Source of the DNA: Eledone cirrhosa
Lineage: Eukaryota
Direction: 5' to 3'
NCBI GenBank assembly: GCA_964016885.1
Contig: CAXHJY010001308.1
Location: forward strand, 10,844-74,843
Length of the DNA stretch: 64,000 bases
A program made the translations under genes and the position numbers. Numbering within the stretch: the stretch's first letter is position 1; the number at the start of each line of letters is the position of its first letter. The notes under the pieces are model-generated. The model made no database searches, was not told the origin of the DNA, and saw only the letters and a program-made list of their open reading frames with translations. This document shows positions 36,950-49,300 of this stretch, in pieces.

Positions 36950-39660
36950 TCTGATCCATACTTTAGGTGATGTTTACTTTCTGTGAGTACCAAATTCTTG
37001 GAGGACTGGGTTGACAGTTTACCTATAGCCAATAATGGTGGCCTACTCTGTCTAAATGAATTCTGCATCTCCATAGTGCTCAAAGTCAGAGCCGATGTTT
37101 TGGGGGAATTGAAATGTCAACGTGGAAAGCTCTGTAGCGGTTGTCTCCCTTGTTTTGATTAGGATCTAGACGGGAAGTGGAACCCTTTCTGCAACTTCCG
37201 GTCAGAGCCCTATAAAACTAACAACTTAGAGCTTCCTCCCTCTCTTTGCCTTTTCGGCACCAGGTCAAGAGTCTTCTCATTTGGCTCTGCCATTAATTTG
37301 GCCAACAGGCGCCTGGCCTTAGCCAGGCGCCCTCTGCCAGCCGCGTTTGCCTGGCAATCAAAACGGTAACTACTAACTTTGTTTCATTCTAACATCTATC
37401 TTTGACATGTCAAGTATTCTATCTACCGTTAATTAAATATTATATACACAAACATTGTCTCGTTTTGTTACATTCATACACCCAGTATCCTCGCTAAATT
37501 GGTAACCCTGACGTGATACGAACACGCAGCCGTTCATCGCTATAAGGGTCACCCCCCCAAAAAAAGAAAAAAATAGCACATCTGGTTTTGTGAGTAACAT
37601 TACGAATACACAGCAAATTTAGCGACAAACTATGAAAATACTCAAGGACACGCACACACGCACATGTGGAATTCGCACAGACATACTTTTTCTCTCACGC
37701 ATCAATTAACTGTCGCATTTCACCAATATATATATATATGTTTCTCGTTTCTTACAACGAACACTTTCAAAACAAAAAAAACATTTCACGATATATATAT
37801 ATGTTTCTCGTTTCTTACAACGAACTCTTTCAAAACACAAAAAAAAAAAAAAAGAAATTTGATATTCTTTAAAAAACATTTCAACAGGAACATTTATTTT
37901 CGATGAACCATTGCCTTTTGTTCTTCGTTTTCTTCATCGTTCAAGTTTTTTGTTTTTTTCCAAAGTTCACACCTATAATTATGCTGATTGAAGCCTTTCT
38001 TTTTCATCATTGTCACTTTCAAAATTGCACTATCATTTTCTCGCGCGTTAGAAATATTTTTTTTTCAACCTTGTATTGGCACGTGTAGGCAGCATAAATT
38101 CTCGATTCACTGAGATGTCTCTACTCACAGACAGCCGCACGCCATTTATCACCAGGGATTCTTCAGCCTTAAGCTATATTCTTCTATTTGCCGGTTTATA
38201 AATTTACAATGTAAATTTACCGTTGATAACCGCGCATTTATTAGGAATGCTTATTTCTCTGGTCGCTGACCTCTTGACCCTTCCAGGTCAACGCATTCTC
38301 AACATCGACCATCAACTTCGGCTGCTATTTCTAGCACTTTGCGCAACTCATTTTTTTCTAAAAAAAAATTTTTTTACTGTGAATTTAAACACCGAATACG
38401 CTCACTCAGCGAGACAACAGCAGCAGCAACAGCAATATAACAGCAACAGCAATACATCAACACAGCTTCACCAAAGCCAGAGAATTTATTTTTGCAGCAC
38501 TCTTCCTGTGAGAAAATCCATTCGGAGGTTGGAAATTTCACGATATACCACAGAACAGAAACCACCTGCATTCATTCTCTGGAACACACTTTCTTTCCAG
38601 CTGTCATGTGATTGCACACCTGTGAACTATATTTTGAACTTTGAGCTCTTCTATTACTTTTACTTTATTACATTGTATCTTTGGGTGATAGATAGATGGA
38701 TGTCCAGTCGTTCTCTGGCCAAGAGCGGTTGGCTACCTTGATATCTATCATTGATTTTTCCAAACATTCTTTTGTCGTAATTTTCATGCCTGTTACAACA
38801 TTCTCGCCAACTTGCTACATATTTTCATTTCGATTTTTATACACTAAAATTCTGGCGGGAGGTTATGTAGCGGTTGTCTCCCTTGTTTTGATTAGGATCT
38901 AGACGGGAAGTGGAACCCTTTCTGCAACTTCCGGTCAGAGCCCTATAAAACTAACAACTTTAAGCTTCCTTTCTCTCTTTGCCTTTTCGGCACCAGGTCA
39001 AGAGCCTCTCATTTGGCTCTGCCATTAATTTGGCCAACAGGCGCCTGGCCTTAGCCAGGCGCCCTCTGCCAGCCGCGTTTGCCTGGCAATCAAAACGGTA
39101 ACTACTAACTTTGTTTCATTCTAACATCTATCTTTGACATGTCAAGTATTCTATCTACCGTTAATTAAATATTATATACACAAACATTGTCTCGTTTTGT
39201 TACATTCATACAACCAGTAATTTCGCTATAGCTCCTTGATTCCATGAGTTTTTATGGATTGTCATACTGTGTGGAACCTGATAATAAAGTGAACTTTAGC
39301 CAGAGTCTATATCCCTTCAGTTCTTGAGTCAGATGGATTGTACAGGGTCGATGGGAAGAAGCCCTTGGGCTAGAGGTAAATGCCTCGTTTGGGATACTAC
39401 AGTTAATAACCCTCTTGATCCCCACAAATTGGATGTTGCATTGGGGGTGGGGGACATTACATCCATAGCTAAATGGAATAAAATTGTGAAGTACGGTGAT
39501 TATTGGTAAACTATTTATTTTTTTTTTTTTGCCTGTGGTATTTGGTAAGTGCGGGAAAGTTGGGCCACTGATAACAAGGGTTTATTGAAGTACCAAGTGA
39601 TGCTCGTGAGGGTGCTTTCCTATCAGTCGCAATAATGCTATAAGAATCTTGGTCTGCCTC
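36950..39660 (+). mobile_element. Second CRE-like fragment, split by the LTR insertion at 37133-39230
   Basis: DWVDSLPIANNGG and ISIVLKVRADVLGELKCQRGKL before the insertion; LDSMSFYGLSYC and PWARGKCLVWDTTV after it. Confidence 0.6.
37133..39230 (+). mobile_element. Complete non-autonomous, non-coding LTR retrotransposon (TRIM/LARD-like)
   Basis: Near-identical LTRs 37133-37498 and 38866-39230; TSD GCTC (37129-37132, 39231-39234); tRNA-Trp-type PBS 37500-37531; PPT GGCGGGAGG; 1.37-kb interior without gag/pol motifs. Confidence 0.93.
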
Positions 39661-39754
39661 AAAAACATCAGCATTCTATGTTGTAGCGTGTATGTCTTCA
39701 TTGGGATTTTTGTTTCTTTTGTAAATCATATCCATTATTTAAATTGTGTTTAGG

Positions 39755-40200
39755 ACGGTAGATTGGCAGTATAATAGAGCGTCGGACAATATGCTTTGCA
39801 ACATATAGCTACATCCCTTTACGTTCTGAGTTCAAATCCCGCTGAGGTTAGCCTTATCTTTCATCCTTAGGGGTGGGTCGATAAAATAAAGTACCAGTAA
39901 TGCACTGCGGGCGATTTATTCGACTTTACCCTCCTCCAAAATTGTTGGCCTTGTGCCTAAATCAGAAACCAAGGGCGGTAAAGTGGCAGTATCGGTTGGG
40001 CGTCGGACAACATGCTTAACAGCAGAGAGTTACAACCCTTTACCTTCTGAGTTCAAACCCTGCCGAGGTTAGCTTTGCCTTTCATCCTTACGGGGTCGAT
40101 AAAATAAAGCACCAGTAACGCACCAGGGTCGATATAATCGACTTTCCCCTTCACCCACCCCTCTAAATTGCTGGCCTTGTGCCTAAAGTAGAAACAATTA
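39755..40200 (+). mobile_element. Two tandem full-length copies of the abundant SINE
   Basis: gg.cggta.a.tggcagtat...ctgagttcaaa...tttcatcctta...ggccttgtgcctaaa..agaaac, twice. Confidence 0.82.
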
Positions 40201-43200
40201 TTTAAATTATGTTTATATGTAAATAAAAATTCGATATGTAAGAGAAAATGCACTTTTGCCCGGTTACGTTTAAACGAAACCGAACTGGAAGTTCAGCACT
40301 CGCATCACTTGATTGTAATCTTCGTATTAAAACAAAAGTCTTCTATATTTATATTATTATTATCATTATTAATTTTATCTTTTCAAAATGCTTTTTTTCG
40401 CCTGATAAAAATAACGCATAAAAAGTATTTACAAAATATTTAATTATTTCAACAGGATGTAAAGCTTAAAACAATAATAGCTTTGTAGGTTATTAACAGA
40501 CGGAATTTTTTACGTTCGACTAACATTGTTAAATTATTTCTTAATTAACTATATATATTTGGCTTTCACATTCCACTTAGTTTTATTTTATATCATGCAT
40601 CATACAAAACTACTCCTTTGTAAGTATAGATTGTTAAACATTTTTTTCAAATTTATCATATTTTCTTGTTATTGTTGTCCTTGTTGATATCGTATTAGAT
40701 TTCATCTACAAACTCTTGTCTGTTGTATGACTTAGTGGTTGTGAAAGAAATTATACTTGTTTAGTACATACATACTTGTCACTCACCCAAGAGAAAATGT
40801 ATCTATCTATGGCTATCTACCGATATGTAATTTTTTTCTATTAACTGCAGGTTAATCCCGATCAAGCAGAACTATGCTCAAAGGCATTTCACTCATGACC
40901 ACCTTGTATATTTGTATACTAGGAAGGAAATTGAGGGTGTTTGCCGTTTTTAGCTGGTCGAGCGACCACATACTTCTAAAGTATTGTAATATCGTAATAA
41001 CTAACAGAATTATTGATTTGACATCCATATACACATTGACATAAATGTAAATACACACACATAGTGTAAATATATCTGTATTTTTGCATTAACTCTACTG
41101 ACATTAAGTTACGTGTATGCATATGTCCACCCATTGTCGCGTGCTTATGTGTGTGACTGTGTCATCTAACGTTTCGTTTTCCGATTTTTGTATTTGTATA
41201 TTAATTTAATCAATTTTAAGTTTACTTATTATTGTAGCAACCGACACATTTTTCTTTTAGACCTGTATATATGTATCGACACATCAAATATATTTTCATT
41301 TTCTTTAATTTTGATGTTATGTTAACCATTTAGATTTTGACGTTTTTGAACCTCTAATCGGTTATTCGTTCGACTTGCTAGAAATAGCAGCCAAATCACG
41401 CCTTACTATCTAAAAAAATATAAATGACACCTTTAAAACGAAGAGATGACCATTGCTTGAATGCTTTTGATTTATAGCTATGTTTGATCAGAGCTAGAGT
41501 CTTCGTCTAACAAGTTTCTGGGTGTTAAAATGTATTTCAACGTCAGAAAACCGCCAGTGTCACTTTTCAAGATTTATTTTTGTTTTTCTTTCGTTCTGAT
41601 GAAACACTTCAACATGAAAAATGCTATACATGTAAACAGACGAGATGATCACGACAGGGTTGCCTTTGATCATATGTCTGCTTGGAGCCAGGGTTAAACA
41701 ACAACCAGATATATCAAATTAGTTTTCGACATTTTCTTTGCTCTTTATATCAACTGAAATGTTTATGATATACACATGTCACATTCGTGACTGATGGCAT
41801 GCTCGGCAACATTCAACGATAGCTAATACTTTTACAGTGTTACTAAACATAAAGACACATTCCCATTTCGAGGTTCTATATATGAAATTTACAGACAAGT
41901 AATCGAAATTGTATTTCTGTGGAATTATCAAAATATGGTCACAATAGATCTATCTACTTTGAAGGAAATGAAAATATCTCGACCAATTTAACTGTTTCAT
42001 TTTGCACGCTAAGCTCATACACACATACCAGCCGATGGTGGGAGCATAACCTTAACCCTAACCAAGCCTTAGTCTGTCTAACCCTAACGTCTGTAAACAA
42101 TGAATCCAGTGAATCGGATGATATATTTTGGTTTTCTACGAAGGAAATCTATTAACAATGATACTCGAAATATGCATATTTTTGTGTAGAGGAATGTGCT
42201 TATTCCCTTTATATTTCCTTTCACACACACACACACACACAAAGAAAAAAAAACAAAAAAAAAACAGGGATATCCTGGTAGCGAACTGGAAAGAATGAAA
42301 TGTGCTTATATTGTTTATATACATACTTATTTTGTGTAACGATTTTAGCTACAATTTTCAAATTTACTATATGTATTCCATTACATTTACATTTTATACT
42401 TTTTTTTCTTTAATTTGATTTTAAATACAATTTTCCTTGTATAGCATATATATATTATAGTAAATTTGTATTAATACAGACGGGTGTCATGAAGTTCTCG
42501 GGTGGGGGAAACTCGGAAAACGAGTAATTTACGACGGTTTTGAAGGCCACATCAAAATCACAGACAAAAACAAATTTAACTCTCAAGATTCTAACGAAAC
42601 ATATGAACAAATTACCCTTAAAATTAAAAACTATTTACTATTTCACCTGCCTCCGAGACGTGTGTGTTAATGATTTCTTTGTCATAATAACAATAATTAA
42701 AAAATGACAAACACCGATATAAAAACAGTCGTATTAGGTTCGCTCTTTGCATAAAAGAGAGAAAGAAAAGTTCGACGTATTGGATGTTAGTCCTTCATCG
42801 GGAGAGTACAATAGTTCAGAGATTAGAAAATAAAAAAATAGAAAAATGGGGACGTGTGTGTTGTTTTTATTTATTTATTTATTTATTTGTGTGTGTATCA
42901 GCATGAATGGTCTATACATTGTTCTCAAGTATAAAAGAAATTATTAGTATTATCAAAAATTTATTTAGTTCCATCGTCTTGCTTATATTTCGATTTTCGG
43001 TTTGGATATCTCACATTCACTTTAATGGAACTTCAAAATAGGATTGCGCCAATATAAAAACTTAACAGGGCTGGCGGAAAACACATGTGAAGAGCTCTGC
43101 ATCAAAACACCCACACGGTAGTCTTACTTACTCAATGTATGTATAGTCCCGTAATTCTGAGGGAATCGTAGGAGCACCGTATTGACATACGGCGTTTCTA

Positions 43201-43490
43201 GGGCATTTGTTAAACCCAGTGGAACCTATTTCATCTCCAGGTCTGAATACAGCTGATTTTTTTTTCCAGAGAAGGATAGAAAGAGAGTGAGAGAGAATGA
43301 AAATGAGAAAGAGACATAGAGGGAAAATCGACACCAGTACTCGACTGGCACTTTTTTCTATTCACCTCGAATGGATGAAAGGCAAAGTTGACCTATATAC
43401 TTAATACAATAATAATTTTAAAAAAATTGCTAAACTGAAAATAATATATTCCTGTTTGAGGGTTCTGTTGAAGTGAAAGGGAAACTTCAA

Positions 43491-43711
43491 CCCTTTAGCA
43501 TTCAAACCGGCCATATCCGGCCAGAACTGTCTCACCTCTTTCTGTTCAAATCGGCTGTAACTGGCCACTCATACTGATGTTAAAGTATTATTCTCAAGAT
43601 AAATAACATCAAAATCTCATAGATTCGATATTATGTGAGATAATTATGTAAGATAAAGTGTTTATTACCAAAATACAATAGTATATATAGAGTAATGTGA
43701 TTGCTAAAGGG
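43491..43711 (+). mobile_element. piggyBac-type MITE
   Basis: TIRs CCCTTTAGCA / TGCTAAAGGG; flanks TCAA and TTAA; second copy at 16897-17105. Confidence 0.78.
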
Positions 43712-46099
43712 TTAAAGTGCACTTTGTAACCTATACACACGATAAAAGTTCGCCATTGAACCAACTCGAAAAGATAGAGCTGATTTATTGGCTGACTCAA
43801 ACATGTTCACCGTGGCTGACGTCAACTTTGAAATTTGTTACAAATGCCCAAGTGAAAATTGAGTGGTCCGTTGGTTAATTTTGTCTTGTCATTTGTATAT
43901 ATATATATATATATATTGTGGTTTATGATGGAAACATCACCCTCACTTTAATAGAATCATCAAATATCAGTAATCCCTTAAATTATCTTTGCAATTATGA
44001 CAACAAATCTACCTCAAGGGCAGTTTAACAGCCAAAAAGCAACCAGAAAGGGATACAACTCTAATAATATCTACTAATCCAAATGTTTGAAAAATAAATA
44101 CAATGCAGTTATCTTTAAAAGAAAAATGACAAAAAGCAATGGATATGTTTCTGTCTTGTTAGATCTTCTCTGTGAAGTATATTCAGCTCAGTTGTCTAGA
44201 CTTGAAAAATGATCTGTATAAATAGAAATAGGAGATTAGATATGCTGATTATAGATATCAATGATATGGCTGTGGGAAAATACTTCAGACAAATGATCTG
44301 CAAGCTAAATACACAAATGGTAGTGTCACATATTTTACAAAAGCATTAGGTTAGTTAATATCATTGAAGTCATCTCTCTTGCTGGTTGATTTTAGATTTT
44401 AAACATTATTAAAGGGAGATTTTGCCTACCAATTACAATGATAATCGTCAGTTAATCAAACATGTTCAACTCACTATTATTACATATGTGAAACTCTGCT
44501 GTGTCTAAAAGCATAATGATGTTATTATATAAACAACACTTATATCTCTTCAATACTGACAACTAATCCTGAATTTTTTTATCAGCCAGCATATTTCTGT
44601 TCCATTTATTGTTTATATATGTGTGTATGTATTTATATATTTATATAATCACCCTTGCATGTGTTAGACAGGCTGTCATGTTATGAGATCAAACAGGTCA
44701 AGTGATCATATACTTTACAACTTGTACTAGATGCTTTTTATCATGGAACCAGCATGACCACCTAACAGGGTGGATTGGCTGGACTTGGTCATGGCATTAG
44801 CATTATGACTTTACAGGTTAGACTGGGTATGTTTTATTGTGTCACCAGTGTTACCTCATGACATTTGGGAGCTCGTTGTGTCCTTGGCCCCGCTGAGGAG
44901 CCAATGATGAGTGTAAGATGAGAGAGCAAGTGTTGGGCTATGCCTTGCTTGCTAAGGAAGGGAATATCATCCCATAGTGGCAGAGCTATTGACATTTTAT
45001 GATGTAGTTTTGAAGATATTGAGTTGTACTTGGTAACTAAGTTTGAGTAGCCCAATTCTTTTGGCAACAAGAAATATTTCAGAACACTACATTCATTCTT
45101 GATTTATAGTAGTTGCACAAAGCCTGTATTTAAGCTGACAAATTCCCGCCTGAACTATTACAAATAAAGTAATCTTGAATTATTTCAATTCACTATTCTC
45201 TAAGGAAACTAGCAGAAAAACCACCCTTTGGATGGTTTCCTGCTAGCATGTGTAGTGTGCATATTGATATTATACACAAGTATATATACATGTAGATATG
45301 ATACATCAAATAAAATCGTAATTGACAATATACACAGAAATTGAACGAGGACTGCGTTACATTGTCTTATGTAATCAGTAACATAATCCATGATACATTA
45401 AAAAAGGACGATATTATATATAAACTGCATTAGGAGAAAATTAGTGACGGAAATATATGAATGTTTATTTAAGCGATTGCTAACCGGAAGTGTTGACATT
45501 TGAAAATTTTAAAGAAGTGAATCTTAAAATAAGCAACAATATTATTTATATTTAATCAAGAATAACGAAATTTAGTAGATAAATTATGTAATATTCATTC
45601 ATTATTTATTCAAAGTAATCCTACTTATTTTACAAATGGGATAAAAAAATATATTCTGGAGACAGTCCCGCACTCCTTACTTTATTATAGTTTAGATTGA
45701 TCTTTGTTTTAACTTTGTTATATGAACAAAATTTTATCAGGTTAGCTCAGGCTCATCCCAGTGAAATGAATAAGTTGTATGATAAAAAAAGATATCTTTG
45801 ATTTATCACATCTCCAGGCAAAGTAAGATAGAATTACCACTAATATATATATTTTCAAAATGACTGACAAAATGCACATATGCTTTTTCTAAAAAAATGT
45901 TTTTTCTCTTTCTTCTTCTTCTCACTCTCTATCTTTCTATTTTTCATTCCATTTTCTGATGAAAGACTAGTATCCGAAACAAAGACTCTTTTCCTACTAT
46001 ATCAATCATTAAACTAATATATTTCTTCATTGCACTGTGTTGTTTGCTTTGTTGTTTCAGTTTACTTTATATATATATATGTATCTATATATATATATA

Positions 46100-46280
46100 A
46101 TAATTGTTTCTACTTTTGGCACAAGGCCAGCAAATACATTACTGGTACTTTATTTTATCGACCTCATAAGGATGAAAGGCAAAGTTAACCTCGGCGGGAT
46201 TTGAACTCAGATCATAAAGGGCCGTAACTCTTTGCTGTAAAGCATGGTGTCTGACCATCTACTGATACTGCCAATCCACC
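46100..46280 (-). mobile_element. Abundant SINE copy
   Basis: Same motifs as 26976-27160. Confidence 0.8.
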
Positions 46281-46312
46281 AATATATATAATAATAATAA
46301 TAAATTTTGCTC

Positions 46313-46885
46313 TACATGGCTGAATACAATAAATGTAATCCGAGTTTTTCGAATATTAATAATAATATTCGATTCATTTGCAATTATGCAAACAAGCCTC
46401 ATTCTACTGACATGGCTTTAACAATGAGGCTTGTTTGCATAATTGCAAACGAATCGAATATTATTATTAATATTCGAAAAACTCAGATTACATTTATTGT
46501 ATTCAGCCATGTATCCGGCCATTAATCGCTCGTACAGGAAACTGACTGGCCAGTTTGCTGATATGCAAATCTGGCTGATCAGTGGATCTGCTAATATACA
46601 GATCTGACTGATCAGCCAGTCTGCTAATATGCAAATCAGGCCAATCAGTCACAGTATATTTTAGAAAATATATATTTTCACTAGCTCTGACAGTTGGCAG
46701 GTGAACTGTACTGATGAAGGGTAATACCCAGAAACATTAGTGTCTGCAGTTCTGTTTACATGCCAACACAAGAGCAAGAATGAGGGGCTCATTCTACTGA
46801 CATGGCTTTAAAAATGAGGCTTGTTTGCATAATTGCAAACGAATCGAATATTATTAATATTCGGAAAACTCAGATTACATTTATT
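46313..46885 (+). mobile_element. Hammerhead-containing repeat (Penelope pLTR / retrozyme-like): inverted 5' tail plus ~1.25 tandem 390-bp units
   Basis: Inverted repeat 46313-46403 / 46423-46513; direct repeat 46398-46498 / 46788-46885; hammerhead at 46703-46752. Confidence 0.75.
46703..46752 (+). ncRNA. Type I hammerhead ribozyme (predicted)
   Basis: GAACTGTA-CTGATGA-A GGGT AAT ACCC A-GAAA-CATTAGTG-TC-TGCAGTTC: 8-bp stem I, conserved core, stem II, short stem III, GUC cleavage triplet ending at 46744. Confidence 0.8.
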
Positions 46886-46889
46886 ACAT

Positions 46890-47120
46890 CTACTTTTCCA
46901 TGTTTGCATGGGTTGGATGGGTCCTTCTCAGCACAGCATCTGCCAGTCTTAAGGATTTGAAGTCAGCTCTCACAACCTCTGCCCGGGTCTTTCTTGGTCA
47001 TCCTCTACTGCAGCTTCCTTCAACTGGTATTTTCTGGCATTTCTTCTCCCATTGGTCATTGTTTATATGTATCACATGTCCATACCAACACAGTCTTCTC
47101 TCCTATATACACCACCTTGT
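46890..47120 (-). mobile_element. RTE-type LINE 3' fragment
   Basis: Similar to 12050-12295 (cacatgtccataccaac.cagtcttctctcc). Confidence 0.7.
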
Positions 47121-48562
47121 ATTCTCCTTATATATATATATATATATACATACAAATATACATATATGAATGAGTTGTAGTTTACCTGAAGCATTGTGGA
47201 ATATGAAAAGTGGGTATGTTATGGAAGCCACTACAATGCTGACTGGGTTATAAATATTGAAATAATAACAAAACTGGATGAAGAAGGAAAGAGTTGAGAA
47301 TGAATACAAGGAAGGGAAGAAAAATAAGAAACCAGAGATTATGCTACCTTGGTAATATTTATTAATATATATATAATAAGTGGCAAATTGGCTGACTCAG
47401 TATTTATTCTGGCTCTCTACATTCTAAGTTTAAATCCTACAAAGATTAACTTTGCTTTTCAATCTTTCAGGGTCAATAAATATAAAACCAGCCCAATACT
47501 GGGATCAAATCTTCTTTCGCCTTTTCTCTCTCCACATCTGAACACACTCTATTTGTTCGAGAGAAGAAATGAGAAAGGGATACAGAGAAAGAATCTGTGC
47601 TGGTATATTCTTTTATCAACCTCAAAAAGATAAGCAAAGTTGACCTTGGCAGGATTTTGAACTCAGAGGGCAGAGAGCTGGAATGAGTACAGCAAAGCAT
47701 TCTATCCGACATTCTAACCACTCTGCTAATTTACCCTCTTGATCATGGAGATTAACCTGGGGTTAAACATTCACATCTGTTACCAATGACCAATATGTCC
47801 ATCCCACAACATAAATCTCTGCTTATCATAAATTAAAATCCTGAAACTCAAGTGTTTAGTGTTCTCACACAGCTACTGAGATAGCTATGACATTACTGCT
47901 TAAAACATTCATACACTCATAGTAAGACATATATTATATATAAACATATCATCATCATCATCATCGTTTAACATCTATCTCCCACGCTAGCATGGATTTA
48001 GACGGGAATTGTCCTACTTGGGGCAAGATTGGCCGGGTGACCGTGTCTCGCTTGTATAGGACTGTCTGACAAGTTTTCTATGGCTGGATGCCCTTCCTAA
48101 GACCAACCACGTTTACATATCATATATACACCTCTATTATGAATCACACCATGTTAGTGCTATTGCTAATTAACAGTAGTACATTATGTTCATTGTGTTT
48201 AAAAAGAAAGAAAATATATATCAGACTGTATTGTTGTTTTTCTCCTCAATGTCGTCATGAGATTTCCTGTTCATGGAATTTTTTGTATTTAGTTTGCTTT
48301 GATAATATATATATATTTATGACCTATGTGACACTCAGTCACATGAGATATTTGAACCTGCTAATAATATTTGTCAATAGGTTCATTGTGTTTGAAGTAA
48401 AGATTAAGAGGGACAAGGAGGCCATTTTATAAATCCGAGAATTTTTCAGCCAAAATTAAACAAACAAGATTGTTATTTTAGAAAAACAAATGGGGTATTT
48501 TACAAGAGGGTTTAAATAAAATCTTCGAATTTTGGGCATAATTGGACAAGCATATAACAATA

Positions 48563-48752
48563 ATAATTGTTTCTACTTTAGGCACAAGGCCAGCAATTAC
48601 CCAGTGCATTACTGGTACCTCATTTTATCGACCCCGTAAGGATGAAAGCAAAGTCAACCTCGGCGGGATTTGAACTCAGATCGTAAAAGGCCATAACTAT
48701 GCTGGAAAGCATGGCGTCCGACCCTCTACCGATACTGCCAATCCACCGCCCT
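48563..48752 (-). mobile_element. Abundant SINE copy, full length
   Basis: Reverse complement reads gggcggtggattggcagtatcggtag...ctgagttcaaatcccgccgagg...agtagaaacaattattatt. Confidence 0.82.
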
Positions 48753-49300
48753 ATAACAGTAATAATAAGCGAATAATGGGATTTTAAAAATACAAGAAGA
48801 TTATTTAGAACAACCAGACAGAATTATAGCGAGAGTTATTTCAGGGTAATGAATAATATTTTAGGTTTTAAAAGTTAATAGGTATTTGTATTAATATTAT
48901 AATTATGTTTAATTTCTAAAATTCAAATTTTATGAAAACAAATTTAAAGGATTTATGAAACATGAGAGAGAAAATATGTATATAATGCTTTTATATCTTC
49001 ACGAAGGTAATCTTTACCAAAATTATTTATAATATTGACAACAGTTTCTATAATATAATTTATAAAATAATTATAGTTATAATTATTAAAGAATTTATTG
49101 TTAAATAGTTTTTGTGCCTTAAGTATCAACCGGCCTTATAACTAAACTTAAAGAAGTCCGAATTTATCAAACGAGTGTCCTTCATTCTAACATTAATTCT
49201 ATCATAAATGATTAGAAGATAATGCATTATTAAAGTTTTATAAACCGTTATGACTTTTTATGCCCAACAGTTAAGAGTCGTCAAAATCAGGCCTGATTGT

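Noticed and set aside
40250-45900. A second host gene (ETS-like motif near 45483; splice-like sites near 44160 and 45740)
   Set aside because: No open, recognisable coding exon found; cannot be supported from sequence alone
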